A DNA stretch of 64,000 nucleotides, taken from Octopus sinensis (taxonomy: Eukaryota). The notes under the pieces are model-generated. The model was not told where the DNA came from. It saw only the letters and a program-made list of their open reading frames with translations, and ran no database searches. The translations under genes and the position numbers were made by a program. Positions 13,992-25,933 of the stretch are shown in pieces. The stretch lies in contig NC_043005.1 of the NCBI RefSeq assembly GCF_006345805.1, positions 97,340,001 to 97,404,000 of the forward strand. Direction: 5' to 3'. Numbering within the stretch: position 1 is the first letter of the stretch; the number at the start of each line of letters is the position of its first letter.

Positions 13992-14662
13992 TGCAGAGGG
14001 TAGAAGGTAGAGCAAGTGATGCATTGCAGAGGGTAGAAGGTAGAGCAAGTGATACATTGCAGAGGGTAGAAGGTAGAGCAAGTGATACATTGCAGAGGGT
14101 AGAAGGTAGAGCAAGTGATACATTGCAGAGGGTAGAAGGTAGAGCAAGTGATACATTGCAGAGGGTAGAAGGTAGAGCAAGTGATACATTGCAGAGGGTA
14201 GAAGGTAGAGCAAGTGATACATTGCAGAGGGTAGAAGGTAGAGCAAGTGATACATTGCAGAGGGTAGAAGGTAGAGCAAGTGATACATTGCAGAGGGTAG
14301 AAGGTAGAGCAAGTGATACATTGCAGAGGGTAGAAGGTAGAGCAAGTGATACATTGCAGAGGGTAGAAGGTAGAGCAAGTGATACATTGCAGAGGGTAGA
14401 AGGTAGAGCAAGTGATACATTGCAGAGGGTAGAAGGTAGAGCAAGTGATACATTGCAGAGGGTAGAAGGTAGAGCAAGTGATACATTGCAGAGGGTAGAA
14501 GGTAGAGCAAGTGATACATTGCAGAGGGTAGAAGGTAGAGCAAGTGATACATTGCAGAGGGTAGAAGGTAGAGCAAGTGATACATTGCAGAGGGTAGAAG
14601 GTAGAGCAAGTGATACATTGCAGAGGGTAGAAGGTAGAGCAAGTGATACATTGCAGAGGGTA
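13992..14662. repeat. 33-bp minisatellite, ~20.3 near-perfect copies
   Basis: Unit TGCAGAGGGTAGAAGGTAGAGCAAGTGATACAT; only the first unit differs (one A>G). Confidence 0.97.
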
Positions 14663-17464
14663 AAATAATTTATGCCAAAGAAAATGTTTTTAATTTTCTA
14701 ATCTTAAAAGTAGAAGAATTTTAATATTTCTCTTTCTTTAACTAACAGAGGTTTATCCAAGCAAAAACGTAGACAAATGTTAAAGAAATGAAAGATGCTA
14801 CATATCTCATGAAGCTGTGATGTTACCGCTCTAGTTTTTTTTTTAATTGTGATAAAATTTGAAAACATGTACATCTATAATATTTTAAAATCTAGTTGAA
14901 CTGTGTTTGCTTTTAAGTCACTGCTATAAATAAGAGGATATATAAATATATGCTGAATGGTAGGTGTTTAAAAGTTAAAACATTTGGCTGCCATAATACA
15001 GCATTACAATAAAAAAAATATCAAAGGTTTGTATTGACTGAAAAAATTTTTTTTTTAAATATACGTTGGTAAAAATTCTGTGGTGTGGAAGCTGTGATAC
15101 AAAAACATATATTATCTCAAATTATTGGTGACAAACGATACTTTTGAGATTAGTCACTGTCACTTCTATTAGTGAAAAAAAAAACCCTCAACTTCAGCTT
15201 ACTATGACTAGTTCTCCTCAGAGTAACACACACACAAATATAAAAGCATGGAAGTCAAAATTTAATAGTTTTAGAGACTTTTTTTCTTTTCTTTCTGGCT
15301 TTGCTTTGTTTCTGCAAGTTTGTTGCAAATTTTCAATTACATTGCCACTCTCCAAAATTGATAATTGGTTTTGTGATAATCAACAGTGTCTTCAGTATAA
15401 TAGATTTTTCAAAAATCCAGGATAATCAAATATGACACATATACTATGACACACACACACACACACACATCAATGGATTTCAGTAACAGTGAAATAAAGG
15501 ATATTAAAATATTAATCTGGAAACATTGTTTAAGGCCACTTAAGTTAATAATACAAATATAGTATATGAACTCATTAAAATATTAAGTGAAAGTACTTTT
15601 TTATCAAGATTCTGACTGTTTGACAATTAGAATTTTGAGTAAAGCAGATAAAATTAAATAAGTGGTACTGAGATTAAAAAATATGATCCTAGTAGAAATT
15701 ATTGAAATAGAGGAAACAGAAATATATATACATGTATATATATAGAAGTAGTTCCTAACATGGGTGGTCATTGTGAAATCACAAGAGACCAGCAAATTTC
15801 AAGGAAGTACAATGGAAGTTGCTGGGTGTTTAGAGTAGTCTGAGTTTTCTTTAGAAATAATACATTTAAGCCAGGTACAATACTTAGTTTAAGTACATTA
15901 AAAAAAAAGAAAAATATCTTTGCCATGATCTGATGGATGACAATAAACCACTGTGCAAAATTGGTTTCTTTTGATCAAAATAAGCCACTGGATTTTCCTT
16001 AGCGGAGTTGCTTTAAAAAATGTCAACCAATGAAGGAAAGCGCTGAGCTACAAATGACTGGGAACCAATAGCATATGGCATTTTCAAACAAATTTCAGCA
16101 TCAGATAGAGAAAAGGTAAATAGAATTGCTATGAGAAGATAACATAAGAAAAAAGTTCACTCCACAAACTAAGTTATTTCCCTCATTTCTTCTGGCATAA
16201 TTTTGTTCGCAAACACTTCTCATAATAGGAAAGTTTTGCTATCAGAAAAGGGTCACCTTAAAAATATGGATATATAAAATATTATAATATAAATATAATT
16301 TATATATAAAAAAAAAGTAAATAGAACCTGAGTGCTGCTTAATTCAATGCTACAAAAAAAAAATTCTACATTCTTTCAGATGAGGTTATTCATAGATAAA
16401 TTGCAAAATTATATCTTGAATGGAGATATTTCAGAGTCCATAACGTGTTATCTTTACCTCCATATTTAGATACAAATATTTCTCACACTCTTCAGGACAA
16501 ACTTAAGTACGCCATTTTAAATTTATTTAAAAAAAGAAAATTACCTAGAAAAAAATTATAGGTATTTCTATGCAGTATTTAAAAGTGCTTGCACTTGAGT
16601 AAAACAATTAAAATAGCTTGCACTCAAGTCAAGTGTATAAATTCTGGAAAACTGAGATGTAACATAAAAATGACTAAACTTAAAAGGCAGCACAGTAATT
16701 AAGCTAAATTAGAAGCTCTTTGTACATTTGGTATCCTGTAAAATTGACTGGGAACCTATTTGAATCAAACATCCCTTTCATTATGTCAAACAGAGTGAGT
16801 ACAACAATCAGCCACTTTTTCACCATTCATCTTGAAATTTAAACAAACAAAGAAAACAGTGACACTACTTTTTGGCTAATACTGTAGAAACTATGAAATT
16901 AAACTAGAGGACAAAATTAGGAAATATGCTGAGAAGAAATCATAACTTTTTAGAAAAATTAAAGAACAGAAAGGAATAAGAAAAAGAAAACTTATTCTGA
17001 GTGGATATTTTTATCTTCCAGGTTAAGAGTTTTGATCAAAAAGAGACGAAAGAGAATTACTATTCTTAAAATGTATAGAAAAAAAACAAGGATAATGAAT
17101 CCTAAAAACATATACACACACATATTTACATATATATCAACCACAATTCTAACATAAAAATATATTTAGGTTGAGTATAAATGTTTAGGCAGTTTGGATC
17201 TGGAATCTGATAGAGTACAATCTTTCACCTCAGCCTTAATAATGAAGCAAATTAATTTTCATTCAAATAGTTACTATAAATTATAAATTTTTTTCCTCTC
17301 TTAAGCCGTTGCTTAAATTGAAAAATTTGTGGCTAAAAGAGAAATGACGACTTGCTTCCTGGATGAATCACAATTCTTTTTCTTCACCCTTAGTAGATTT
17401 TATCTTGGAATTTTAAAAAGAAACCGTTTCAAGCTGTTAATATTAAGGAATTCATATTTCAAAC

Positions 17465-17593
17465 CTTGGTTGGGATCCATCACAGGGGGAGGCATCATTC
17501 CTGGATGTGGAGGATAACCCATAGGCATAGGCCCAGGTTGATGTGGTGGCATTGGAACTGGGGGTGGTCCCATTATAACTTCCTGTCCTTCAC
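17465..17593 (-). CDS. Shisa-like protein, first cytoplasmic Pro-rich exon
   Basis: ttgttgtgcag / GTTTGA; 129 nt, phase 1-1; (G)EGQEVIMGPPPVPMPPHQPGPMPMGYPPHPGMMPPPVMDPNQ. Confidence 0.88.
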
Positions 17594-18749
17594 CTGCACA
17601 ACAAAGCAAATTAAATCATGACAAACTATATATAAGGAAACTGGTGTGAAACATTATTCAATACAAATCAGAGCTAATTTCTCAAATGGCATTTTCTTAA
17701 AAATACACATATGTAGTTTAGGCAATAAATAAGTACAATTCACAATCAATTCCAAGTTTTATTGTTTTGTTTCATTTTTTACAATAGATAATATGTATAC
17801 TCGTCCTGAGCAAGACATTAAACTGCAGGCTTAGTAAGGCTCCAAATCGAGAGTACAAGAGTTTTGAAGAATATGGAGATACTTTAATCACTACTACTAC
17901 TACTACTATCATGTCCAGTCATGTCTAGGGTAATAGTACATGTCAAGGATTCTAGTTATTGGTCAAATAGCAGATGGTTTTGAGACTAAGGCATACAGGA
18001 CATTGAGGAGGGTTGGTCCCTGAACATGTCACTAAGGTCCTCCAGTGTGTCGTCATGCCATAGTGTCACATGAATTAGTCCTGCTGCCTCTTACTCTTCT
18101 GATATTTGAGGAGATGAATGGATGCATCCTACAGGGTAACAAAACTTTAAGTCATATGGAGCTACATATAAATATATTATACATTTATCTGTACAAATAA
18201 AAGAAAGGATGATTGTTGATTCACTCCTCTGTTTCTCAGAGTTACCAATATGAAATATTGCTCTTGTCATGAAAATCCACTTAACATGCCACAAATACAC
18301 ATGCATGTAACCTATATAGTGGATATATAAACAGGGTTAATTTTGCTATTTCTTCAGAGACAGAAAAAAATGATGAAAAAATGAAATCGATTTTTGAACT
18401 TCCTGGATTCTCATCAGAGGTGTCAACTTGACCAATTCCAAAGAAACAAGCAGCCAATCTGTTTATATACTCGACAATTTCAGTAACTGCAGAAAACTGG
18501 ACCTACTAACTTACATACTGTATCAACACTTTATCTAATAACAGGGGCCTGCCAACGTGGATCTTAGTCCACACAGTATCAAGATATATAATATATGCAA
18601 CTCATCAGGTGGTGCTATTAAGTTAGACATGGCCTGGACCAATCTTTGGTCGAAATATATCTAAGTTTTGTAGAAGGCATCTCACTTTTTCCAACATATA
18701 TTGGGAAAAAACCTAATAGACCAGTGTTTTCAAGGGAAAGCACTCTATA

Positions 18750-19290
18750 GGTGCAGGCATGGCTGTGTGGTCAGAAGCTTGGTTCCTAACCACATGGTTC
18801 TGAGTTCAGTCCCATTGCATGGCCCATTACGTGACACCTTGGGCAAGTATCTTTTATTATAGCTTTGTGAGTTGATTTGGTACACATATGATGAGATTTG
18901 GTATATATAGTGAGCTTCTTTCATTTCCTTGTACCAAATCTATTATGCTAGATGTAGACTCCATATAGTCTGACCACTAAGAAAAGATTGTTCTCAAATT
19001 CAAATTTATGTGTGTGTGTGTATGTATGTATGTATATTTGTGTCTATCTGTGTGTGTCTTTGTGCCTGTGTTTAGCCCCCCCCCCATCACCGCTTGACAA
19101 CCAATGGTGTGTTTACTTCCTCATAAGCAAGGAGTTCAGCAAAAGAGACCAATAGAATAAGTACTAGGTTTAAAAACTAAATCCTGGGATTTATTTGTTT
19201 CGTCCTGGGATTTATTTGTTTGATTAAAACCCTCCAAGGTGGTACCCCAACACAGCAACAGTCAAATGACTGAAACAGGTAAAAGAATAT
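18750..19290 (+). mobile_element. tRNA-derived CORE-like SINE
   Basis: GGCATGGCTGTGTGG..GAGTTCAGTCCC..CACCTTGGGCAAGT, internal (TG)n, 3' CAGTCAAATGACTGAAACA. Confidence 0.75.
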
Positions 19291-19644
19291 AAGAAAATGG
19301 TATGTTTTCTCTCCTGGCTTCTCTGTTACTCTCATAGTCATAACTACAGTGATTGACCTATTAGAAATCATAACAAACCATGTTGTTGTTAACGAAATGC
19401 ATTCTAAAATAAATATATGGCCATTGAAACAAACGCCAGATTATCAGGACATGTCCAGACTCAGACCAGAATAACCCAACAGTCATTGTCTGCCTTCCGA
19501 ATGGATCTGGGCTTTGGTAATAAAGGTGAGCTGCATGTAATGGCTTACTATGAATAACATCTATTGTCATGCTCAACTTACACATGTACATTCACCACGA
19601 GGTGGACATCATTCTCAGCCACAAAAGATAAAGGATTCTTCCCA

Positions 19645-19769
19645 TATACATATATATATATATATATACACACACACATATATATATATATACACACACA
19701 CACATATATATATATATACACACACATATATATATATACACACACACATATATATATATATACACACAC

Positions 19770-19814
<45 letters not shown>

Positions 19815-19845
19815 CACACACACATATATATATATATACACACAC

Positions 19846-19878
<33 letters not shown>

Positions 19879-19937
19879 TATATATATATACACACACACA
19901 CATATATATATATATACACACACATATATATATATAT

Positions 19938-19978
<41 letters not shown>

Positions 19979-20030
19979 TATATATATATATACACATACA
20001 TATATATATATACACACACACACACATATA
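19645..20030. repeat. Compound (TA)n(CA)n microsatellite array
   Basis: Alternating TA and CA runs over ~385 bp. Confidence 0.95.
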
Positions 20031-20033
20031 TAT

Positions 20034-21571
20034 TATCATCATCATCATCGTTTAACATCCGTTTTCCGCGCTAGCACGGGTTGGACGGTTCGACCGGGGT
20101 CTGGGAAGCCAGGGGCTGCACCAGGCTCCAGTCTGATCTGGCAGAGTTTCTACAGCTGGATGCCCTTCCTAACGCCAACCACTCCGCGAGTGTAGTGGGT
20201 GCTTTTTACGTGCCACCTGCACAATGCCAGGGGGGTCCGGCATCGGCCACGATCGGTTGGAGCTTTTAACGTGCCCCCGGCACGGAAGCCAGCTAAGGCG
20301 GAGCTGGCAACGGCCACGTTCGGATGGTGCTTTTTATGTGCCACCGGCACAGAAGCCAGTCGGGGCGGGGCTGGCATCGGCCACGTTCAGATGGTGCTTT
20401 TTATGTGCCACCGGCACAGGAGCCAGTCGGGGCGGAGCTGGCATCGGCCATGTTCGGATGGTGCTTTTTATGTGCCACCGGCACAGAAGCCAGTCGGGAC
20501 GGGGCTGGCATCGGCCACGTTCAGATGGTGCTTTTTATGTGCGACCGACACAGGAGCCAGTCGGGGCGGCACTGGCATTGGCCACGTTCGGATGGTGCTT
20601 TTTATGTGCCATCGGCACAGAAGCCAGTCGGGGCGGGGCTGGCATCGGCCACGTTCGGATGGTGCTTTTTATGTGCCACTGGCACGGAAGCCAGCTAAGG
20701 CGGCGCTGGCAACGGCCACGTTCGGATGGTGCTTTTCATGTGCCACCGGCACAGAAGCCAGTCGGTGCGGGGCTGGCATCGGCCACGTTCGGATGGTGCT
20801 TTTTATGTGCCATTGGCACAGGAGCCAGCCGGGTTGGGGCTGGCATCGGCCACGTTCGGATGGTGCTTTTTATGTGCCACCGGCACAGGAGCCAGTCGGG
20901 GCGGCACTGGCATTGGCCACGTTCGGAAGGTGCTTTTTATGTGCCACCGGCACAGAAGCCAGTCGGGGCTGCGCTGGCATCGGCCACGTTCGGATGGTGC
21001 TTTTTATGTGCCACCAGCACAGAAGCCAGTCGGGGCGGTGCTGGCATCGGCCACGTTCGGGTGGTGCTTTTTATGTGCGACCGGCACAGGAGCCAGTCGG
21101 GGCGGAGCTGGCTGGCATCGGCCACATTCGGATGGTGCTTTTTATGTGCCACTGGCACAGGAGCCAGTCGGGGTGGCGCTGGCATCGGCCATGTTCGGAT
21201 GGTGCTTTTTATGTGCCACCGGCACAGAAGCCAGTCGGGGCGGCGCTGGCATCGGCCACGTTCGGATGGTTTTTTTTATGTGCCACCGGCACAGAAGCCA
21301 GTCGGGGCGGCGCTGGCATCAGCCACGTTCAGATGGTGCTTTTAATGTGCCACCGGCACAGAAGCCAGTCGGAGCGGCGCTGGCATCGGCCACGTTCGGA
21401 TGGTGCTTTTTATGTGCCACCGGCACAGAAGCCAGTCGGGGCAGGGCTGGCATCGGCCACGTTCGGATGGTACCTTTTATGTGCCACCAGCACAGAAGCC
21501 AGTCGGGGCGGCCCTGGCATCGGCTACGTTCGGATGGTGCTTTTTATGTGCCACCGGTACAGAAGCCAGTC

Positions 21572-21573
<2 letters not shown>
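20034..21573 (-). mobile_element. RTE-family 3' tail with ~20-copy 67-bp GC-rich internal array
   Basis: (CAT)n tail at left; unit GGCATCGGCCACGTTCGGATGGTGCTTTTTATGTGCCACCGGCACAGAAGCCAGTCGGGGCGGGGCT, period 67 (20373 to 20440). Confidence 0.9.
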
Positions 21574-21619
<46 letters not shown>

Positions 21620-21954
21620 CATGTATATTATACATTTATCTGTACAAATAAAAGAAAGGATGATTGTTGATTCGCTCCTCTGCTTATCAGTTACCTCCAT
21701 GAAAAATTGCTCTTGTCAGACGATTTCATGAAATATATACATATATGTATGTATATGGGAAGAATCCTTTATCTTTTGTGGCTGAGAATGATGTCCACCT
21801 CGTGGTGAATGTACATGTGTAAGTTGAGCATGACGATAGATGTTATTCATAGTAAGCCATTACATGCAGCTCACCTATATATATATATATATATATATAC
21901 ATACATATAGGGATCATATATATATACATATAGGGATCATATATATATATGTAG

Positions 21955-22281
21955 TTGTGATACCAGTGCCGGTGGCACGTAAAAGAACCATCCGAACATG
22001 GCTGTTGCCAGCACCACCTCGACTGGCCTCCGTGCCGGTGGCACATAAAAAGCACCAACCGATCGTGATTGTTGCCAGCCTCGCCTGGCACTTGTGCCGG
22101 TGGTACGTAAAAAGCACCCACTACACTCACAGAGTGGTTGGCGTTAGGAAGGGCATCTAGCTGTATAAAAACTGCCAGATCTGACTGGGCCTTAGTGCAG
22201 CCTCCTGGCTTCCCAGACCCCAGTCGAACTGTCCAACCCATGCTAGCATGGAAAGCAAACGTTAAACGATGATGATGATGA
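21955..22281 (+). mobile_element. RTE-family 3' tail, inverted relative to 20034-21573
   Basis: AAAAGCACCCACTACACTC..GGCGTTAGGAAGGGCATC..CGTTAAAC(GAT)n. Confidence 0.8.
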
Positions 22282-22520
22282 TATATATATATATATATAT
22301 GTAAACATACTTTTGTTTTTATTAGAAGCACTGAAATGTGTATTGCGTTAAAAAAAAATCATTATCTTTGTATTGCGTGTGTGTGTATGTGTGTGTATAT
22401 GAGACAGACAAGCAGACAAAGAAATAAAACAGCCAAATGAGAATCAAACATACATCATTAAAATAGCCTTAGACAACAAAGAAACTAAAACATTATATAT
22501 TCGTCAAATAAATCACTCAC

Positions 22521-22642
22521 CATCCTTATCAATGACATGTCCTCTTTGTTTCTTCTTCTTCCGACATATACAGTAGATGATAGCAGAAATGATTGCTACA
22601 GTGATGATGACACCAATCACAATACCAACAATACCACCAGTA
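22521..22642 (-). CDS. Shisa-like protein, transmembrane exon
   Basis: ttttcttgtag / GTGAGT; 122 nt, phase 2-1; TGGIVGIVIGVIITVAIISAIIYCICRKKKKQRGHVIDKD = TM helix, juxtamembrane Cys, polybasic stop-transfer. Confidence 0.92.
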
Positions 22643-24399
22643 CTACAAGAAAAATGACATACAATAAAAGAAAAAAAAGGAAACAATATAAGAATGCTTT
22701 TCACAGAAATCAAGATAGGGTTCTAAATAGCACTAGTTTAGAATAGCTCAGGACTTCTCCATCTTCCCTCTCTTGTTAATATACTGTACATTAATTCATT
22801 CTCTCTGAAAGTAGTTCATCGGAATAAATAAAAATTCTCGAGCATTCCCACTGAATAAATCTGTAGCAGACAGAGAGTTAAATCGGTTGAGCACCAAATG
22901 AAATACTTGTGATACTTAGCTATGGCATTTCACATCTTAAGTGCAAATTCTAACTAGACCCACCCTGCTTTCCATATTTCTAGGGTTAATAAAATACAGA
23001 CCAATTGATGAAGTAAGTACTGAGATCAGTACCTATTTTACCAATTAGAAGGCGGTGCTCCAGTCTGGCTACAGTTCAATGACAAGTAAATGAATAAAAG
23101 GAAAAGGGATCTTTTTATACTCATGACAACAAGGCAATAATCTGAAGGGTTGAATTTATGATGAGGAAGATAGAGAATCTTCAATTTTATAAATTCCTAC
23201 ATTATGCAGCTAATATTTAGTATTTGAAGATTGGGACTTCATCAACAGGTGATTTCAAGTGGGTTACCCACCCCTTCTCTATAAGAGTGCACATCCTGCA
23301 AGAATGAGAAGCCAAATCTTCCTCAAATCACATTCAAACATTCAATGAAGAAGAAAAAAATCACATCAGATAATGTAATTTGAGTATATCTTGAAAAAGA
23401 AAATAAAGAGACAGGGTGGTCACGACTGGAATACTTTTAATCATGAGTTTATTCAATCATGGCAGACTTGCATCAACAACAATATCATGAAGACAAAAGC
23501 TGAACAAATTTACAGCTAAAAAAACAAAGGGTTTCACTCATACATTTGCATACTTTGGATGTTAATTTTGTGTTATACATAACATTATGATATTAAACTT
23601 TCAACCAAAAATCAGTAAATCTGGATTTCAGTTCAACAAAACCTGTATATAATTCTGATGACTCCCTTTAGCAGAGTCGATGTAGGCTGAAAAGAACCTA
23701 ACAATACCAGATCCAGTTACAAAGAGTGAAATAATGTTAAATATTAATTAACTCAATATCATGCTCATATACCATTAGCATTATTATGCTTTTGTACCTA
23801 ATTCTATTTGCACCTAAGAATATTAAACCAATTTTAGTATTTGACTCATATAATGTTTTACCAAGCCTAGAAAGATGAAAGGCAAAGTTGACCTTCATAG
23901 AATTTGAACTCTGAAAATGAAAAGTTATAACCAAGTACTGCATAGTGTTTTGCTTGATGCCCTACTGAATCTGCCATTTCCACATAGCCAGTAATGTCCT
24001 TTCCTCTAGACGTTAACTGACAAAAAATGTTTTATCCTAGGGAATGAAATTTATACAGTGGTTTCTACCCGTTTACTACAAATACCCAGTTTGTGCCTCT
24101 GAAAGAAGGCAATACTATATAGCTACACTGTTAACAGCTGGAAAGAAAAACAGAGTACTCAGTACTGTATTAGAGAATAATATATTTTATTTTGGTCGTC
24201 AGTTTCTTGCTACTCTGACTTTCACCAATGGGTGCAAAGAATCTTTGAGGCAGGTTATGATTTGCCTGAAAATCCCGTGCACTTACTGATAAAATTCAGA
24301 ATAGCAAGAAACTGGCTTGACCAAAAGAATATACATTCACACATGCATAAATATATCGCTATCTCATATGCATATCCTAAAATTTCAAACAAATTTATT

Positions 24400-24770
24400 T
24401 TAATATGGGGTAGGGCTGCCTTTGGCAGTAATTACAGCTTGAATTCTATGAGTTATGGACTCATACAAAGTTTGAATTGTTTCCAAAGGAATTTTTGTCC
24501 AATTTTCAGCTAAAACAGTCTCCAGTTCTTGTAGTGATGATGGCGGAGGATATCAACTCCTTGTTTTTCTAAAATGCACAATAAATGCTCAATAATATTG
24601 AGATCTGGGGACGGTAGTGGCCAGATAAGATGTTTAGCTTCACTAGAATGTTCCTCGTGCCATTCAGTAACAACTTTAGCAGTGTGAATTGGTCCATTAT
24701 CATCCTGAAAGATTGTGTTTCCCTCCAGAAACAGTTCCGCAACCATAGGATGAATTTGATCAGATAAAAT
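24400..24770 (-). mobile_element. Tc1-like (DD34E) transposase C-terminal fragment
   Basis: IFQDDNGPIHTAK..WPLPSPDLNIIEHL then, after a frameshift, W..IPLETIQTLYESI..RIQAVITAKGSPTPY*. Confidence 0.85.
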
Positions 24771-24779
24771 ACAGAATTA

Positions 24780-25210
24780 ATCAAAAAGAGAAAAAAAGAC
24801 AACATGAAAATAGCATTACAAAAGAAACTGAAGGAAAAAAATGGAGAGAAATATCACTCCATGATCAATGCCCTGCAAAGCTTGACAGAGAGGAAGGGAG
24901 ACTCAGTAAAAGCCAACAATGATTCAAAAGCTCTGGACTAAAAGCTCTGGACTGATTCTTGCAGCACAAGACCAATGTCTAACTACAAACAATTATAAAA
25001 ACAAAATAATGAATACAGGCCCCAACACTAAATGTGGAATGTGCAACCAGCACAATGAAACAATTTACATCATCTCAGGCTGCCCAGTCCTTGCCAAGTC
25101 TGAATATATATACAGAAAACGACAAAGTAAGTAGTTATATCCACTGGTCAATATGCCAACATTACAACATTAAAACTGATGAGAGGTGGTATAAGCATGA
25201 GCCCACATCC
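24780..25210 (+). mobile_element. R4/Dong-clade non-LTR retrotransposon fragment (post-RT region, zinc knuckle)
   Basis: GLILAAQDQCLTTNNYK..CGMC..ETI..IISGCPVLAKSEYI..DKVSSYIHWSICQHY..WYKHEP across frameshifts. Confidence 0.75.
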
Positions 25211-25547
25211 TATGCAAGACACTATCAATCTAGTAATACAACCTAAACAAAACAATTCACTAACACAAGACACAATACATACAGCAATTACCCAGAGAAA
25301 TAAACTTCTACCAGCAAGCTAGATAACCAATGCATTACACATACAGCACACAATACAAGCAGTAACACAACAAAAGACTGCACCACACCTCAAGAGAAAA
25401 AAAACTAATACAATGCAAGACTGGGGAAAAGTTTGTACACACCCAACAGCAGAAAAGAGCACACAATGATGCAGACACCCCAGCAACATGGAGGTGTAGC
25501 AGGTGATGCAGTAGTAATTTGCCTCAACCTACCAAATGTTGAACAGT

Positions 25548-25550
<3 letters not shown>

Positions 25551-25617
<67 letters not shown>
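25551..25617. repeat. (TAA)n microsatellite
   Basis: ~22 TAA units. Confidence 0.95.
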
Positions 25618-25620
<3 letters not shown>

Positions 25621-25785
25621 CAAGTAAAAACTGGTTGGTTTTTGTAGATTAACCAACCAGATTCTGCAGACATGATCAAAAGCATTCTAATGTTGAGCAT
25701 ACAGTCTCTTTTGTCTGTCAAGTACTACATTGAGGAAAGTGACCAGTTATGTTGAAACCATCTGAGAAATGAAAATAGCAATTAC

Positions 25786-25933
25786 GTTTTAGTTGCAGCA
25801 CAGCATCTCTGTTGTCCTTCTGGTCCACAACAGTGAGTAAGACTGTCACTTTCGTAATGTCTAGGGCATATAAACATCTTATAGACTGTACCATTTTCAT
25901 CAGCATCAACATAGTTGGAACAAATGGTTGGTC
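25786..25933 (-). CDS. Shisa-like protein, extracellular cysteine module (C-C-CC-CC)
   Basis: ttatttttag / GTAATT; 148 nt, phase 1-2; (R)PTICSNYVDADENGTVYKMFICPRHYESDSLTHCCGPEGQQRCCAATK(T); FxCP...CCG...RCC pattern of Shisa-like/CX modules; NGT sequon. Confidence 0.9.

Larger units (their letters stand above)
19524..21876. repeat. ~128-bp inverted duplication (arms 19524-19652 and 21748-21876)
   Basis: AGGTGAGCTGCATG...TTCCCATATACA matches the reverse complement of the right arm with one mismatch seen. Confidence 0.93.

Noticed and set aside
13974-14668. 225-aa repeat ORFs on both strands / CRISPR-like appearance
   Set aside because: A pure 33-bp tandem repeat with no spacers; the ORFs arise because the unit is a multiple of 3
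19550-20074. His/Ile/Tyr/Thr- or Cys/Val-rich ORFs
   Set aside because: Translations of the (TA)/(CA) microsatellite
20199-21731. 510-aa and other long ORFs
   Set aside because: By-product of a GC-rich 67-bp repeat cycling through frames; no protein features
25405-25721. Poly-Leu, poly-Asn and poly-Tyr ORFs
   Set aside because: Translations of the (TAA)n microsatellite
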